Positions 22,790 through 24,320 of a stretch of DNA of 24,320 bases are shown here, one piece after another. The notes under the pieces are model-generated. The model was not told the origin of the DNA. It saw nothing but the letters and a program-made list of their open reading frames with translations, and did no database searches. Source of the stretch: Candidatus Methylomirabilis limnetica (GTDB lineage Bacteria; Methylomirabilota; Methylomirabilia; Methylomirabilales; Methylomirabilaceae); contig NZ_NVQC01000027.1 of assembly GCF_003044035.1 (NCBI RefSeq), forward strand, positions 1 through 24,320. Reading direction: 5' to 3'. Each line of letters opens with the position of its first letter. Within the stretch, counting starts at the first letter, position 1. The position numbers were made by a program, and so were the translations under genes.

Positions 22790-23668
22790 CTACTTCAGTC
22801 CATTCCGACTCGTATCGAGTGCCGCTCGCATTCGCACCGCCTGCTGGGTCGTCAACATGAACATTGCTGCGTCGTCGGTATAGTCCATGTAATTGACGAA
22901 CATGTCGCCATTGGGCCCGTTGCCGCAGCTAATCTTCGGGAAGGTGGGCGTGCCGAAGTTCGGTCCGGCGCAGTTCGGTGTATCGGCCACCATGTCCGAA
23001 CCGCTGCAGTCCGGAGTGTCGCCCCAGATGTGGCGGAGGTTGAAATAGTGTCCGACCTCGTGCGTGGCCGTGCGTCCTTTGTTGAACGGGGCTTGCGCCG
23101 TCCCCATGGTGCCGAATGCCTGAAAGTTGATGACGACACCATCCGATGACATCGGCCCACCAGGGAACTGCGCATAGCCAAGCAGCCCACCGCTCAGGGC
23201 GCACACCCAGATGTTCAGATGCGTCTTCGGCGTAATCGGCGCGATGCCACCGGTCGAGGCATTCTTGACTTTGTCGTCGTGCGTGAACGCGGCGATGCTG
23301 GTCTTCGTGCGCGTGACCTGGACGAGCTTGAACTGGACGCGCGAATCGGCTACGAGGCCATTCCACGGCGCCGGCACACCGGCTTTATCCGGATTGGTGG
23401 CCCGGAAATCCCGCTTGAGTGCGGCGATTTGACTCTTGATCTGGGCGCTCGAGATATTCTGCGCGTCGGTATTGTAAATGACGTGGACGATCGTCTTTAC
23501 GGTAACAATCGGAATGGCCTTACCGTCAAACGCCACTTGACGCCGCCTGCCCGTGACACCTTCAAGGCGCATCTGGTTGGCGCGGAATGCTGGAAACGTC
23601 TCCAGCAACATCATGTGCGCGGCCATCGCGCCGCAACTGCGACGGAGCTGAGCCTGTTTCTTCGCCAT
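22790..23668 (-). CDS. M43-family zinc metallopeptidase (ulilysin/pappalysin/cytophagalysin type)
   Basis: HEVGHYFNLRHIWGD gives the HExxHxxGxxH motif in an M43 context. It is followed by the Cys-rich DTPDCSGSDMVADTPNCAGP. The N-terminal RRSCGAMAAHMMLLE resembles the conserved R-x-C-G-T-M pro-segment of M43B enzymes. AAGGAGGG RBS about 4 nt upstream. No classical signal peptide. Confidence 0.85.
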   Translation of the reverse strand: MAKKQAQLRRSCGAMAAHMMLLETFPAFRANQMRLEGVTGRRRQVAFDGKAIPIVTVKTIVHVIYNTDAQNISSAQIKSQIAALKRDFRATNPDKAGVPAPWNGLVADSRVQFKLVQVTRTKTSIAAFTHDDKVKNASTGGIAPITPKTHLNIWVCALSGGLLGYAQFPGGPMSSDGVVINFQAFGTMGTAQAPFNKGRTATHEVGHYFNLRHIWGDTPDCSGSDMVADTPNCAGPNFGTPTFPKISCGNGPNGDMFVNYMDYTDDAAMFMLTTQQAVRMRAALDTSRNGLK

Positions 23669-24050
23669 GTTCCCTCCTTGGTGTCAGAGTGAAGCTCTCG
23701 GGCCTCCGATCGCTTCCATGCGCCGAGCGACAACGGATAACTGCATCCATCTCGAACGTGGGCCGGGACATCGGCGGCGGCCTCGTCAGGCGCCGCAGCC
23801 CTCAGATTCTGCTCACACGGGGGAAGCTATCAGCGGCCGGAGAGGAAGTCAAGACAAAGACGCAGGCTCGAAAATGTCGGATCAAGGGGCGGTTCGCCAC
23901 CGCGCGCAGCGTCTCCTGGCGTACTTGACCCTTCCTGGTGCGCCGGGCAGGAAGAGCGAGATCGGCTTCATCCAGGGCAGGTCATCGAAGACGGATTCGC
24001 AGATCAACTCCCTGAGGCCGGCGCCCTTGGACAATCTCACCGCAAAAAGC

Positions 24051-24078
24051 GGGATTGCTTCGCTACGGTCCCAATGAC
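24051..24078. repeat. Family 3 repeat, half-copy in reverse orientation
   Basis: The reverse complement of GGGATTGCTTCGCTACGGTCCCAATGAC is GTCATTGGGACCGTAGCGAAGCAATCCC. This aligns with GTCATTGCGAACGAAGTGAAGCAATCTC at 13257. Confidence 0.55.
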
Positions 24079-24134
24079 ACATCCCAATCTCTTGGGACGT
24101 AACCATTCAGTTACGGGTAGAAAATCTCCCCTAG

Positions 24135-24187
24135 CCCCTCTTTTACAAAGAGGGGGACTAACTGTTTCCCCCTTTGAAAAAGGGGGA
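24135..24187. repeat. Two tandem C-run/G-run hairpins (variant related to family 1)
   Basis: CCCCTCTTT tac AAAGAGGGG (24135-24155) and TCCCCCTTT gaa AAAGGGGGA (24167-24187). Each has a perfect 9-bp stem and they are 11 nt apart. Confidence 0.6.
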
Positions 24188-24320
24188 TTAAGGCAATACC
24201 GTCCGGCACATAATTTGCCCGGTTTGATTAAGGATCATATCTGAAGGTGGGGAAAAAGCAACAGCAACAGGATTTACCGGTTACGAAGGATTGCGGAGGG
24301 GTTTCGTCAGGAGTATAGAT

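Noticed and set aside
23667-24106. ORFs 23667..24077 (+, 136 aa, ending ..IASLRSQ*) and 23882..24106 (-, 74 aa, starting MVTSQEIGMCHWDRSEAIPLF)
   Set aside because: The diagnostic ends of both are translations of the family 3 repeat at 24051..24078, a classic source of spurious ORFs. The remainder has no motifs or RBS. I treat the region as non-coding or degenerate.
7029-24187. The possibility that the recurring palindromic repeats form a CRISPR array
   Set aside because: The copies are kilobases apart, belong to several unrelated families, are not regularly spaced and have no unique spacers of uniform length between them. No cas genes are present.
1-24320. tRNA, rRNA or other housekeeping RNA genes in the intergenic gaps
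   Set aside because: I scanned the gaps (1-243, 10106-10337, 11148-11718, 13094-13661, 16446-16877, 18708-18946, 19592-19770 and 23669-24320) for T-loop-like GGTTCGAATCC motifs and cloverleaf-scale pairing. Only the repeat hairpins turned up. This was done by eye, so a small ncRNA cannot be excluded.
1-24320. Phage-defence, toxin-antitoxin or secretion-system loci
   Set aside because: I recognised no nuclease, ATPase, methyltransferase, toxin or integrase signatures. The only mobility signal is the partial ISL3 end at the left edge.

Overview
A 24.3 kb chromosomal window from a diderm (outer-membrane-bearing) bacterium. All family calls below come from motif recognition by eye, not from searches. 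G+C is moderately high but mosaic: hand counts of 60-nt samples gave about 43% at 20821-20940 and about 70% at 17401-17460.

The genes fall into four co-directional blocks.

(i) 244-6147 (+): a cellulose-synthase-like exopolysaccharide operon with no BcsB. It encodes a GT2 synthase with two PilZ domains, two small TPR proteins, a TPR + beta-barrel porin and a GH8 endoglucanase. It starts 120 bp downstream of the right end of an ISL3-family IS that runs off the left edge.

(ii) 6208-13093 (-): an M48 lipoprotein peptidase, a Calvin-cycle-type glpX/fba/rpe trio, three small or hypothetical genes (one DUF4242) and a 7-bladed YVTN beta-propeller.

(iii) 13451-19591 (+): the most interesting block. 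It encodes a 2-Cys peroxiredoxin, an NnrS-like 12-TM protein, a cytochrome c' (class II cytochrome c), a three-part ScdA_N / NnrS-like / DUF1858 fusion protein and an FmdE-like protein. Every recognisable part has an established link to nitric oxide or nitrosative stress. I do not know of this combined architecture being described.

(iv) 19771-23668 (-): a low-GC DUF3015 + DUF4105/beta-barrel pair, a small high-GC hypothetical gene and an M43 (ulilysin/pappalysin-type) metallopeptidase.

Most intergenic gaps longer than 100 bp carry one or more of at least six families of palindromic or MITE-like repeats. One family sits in the peroxiredoxin leader and also supplies the stop codon of the NnrS fusion gene. 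I saw no rRNA, tRNA or CRISPR array.
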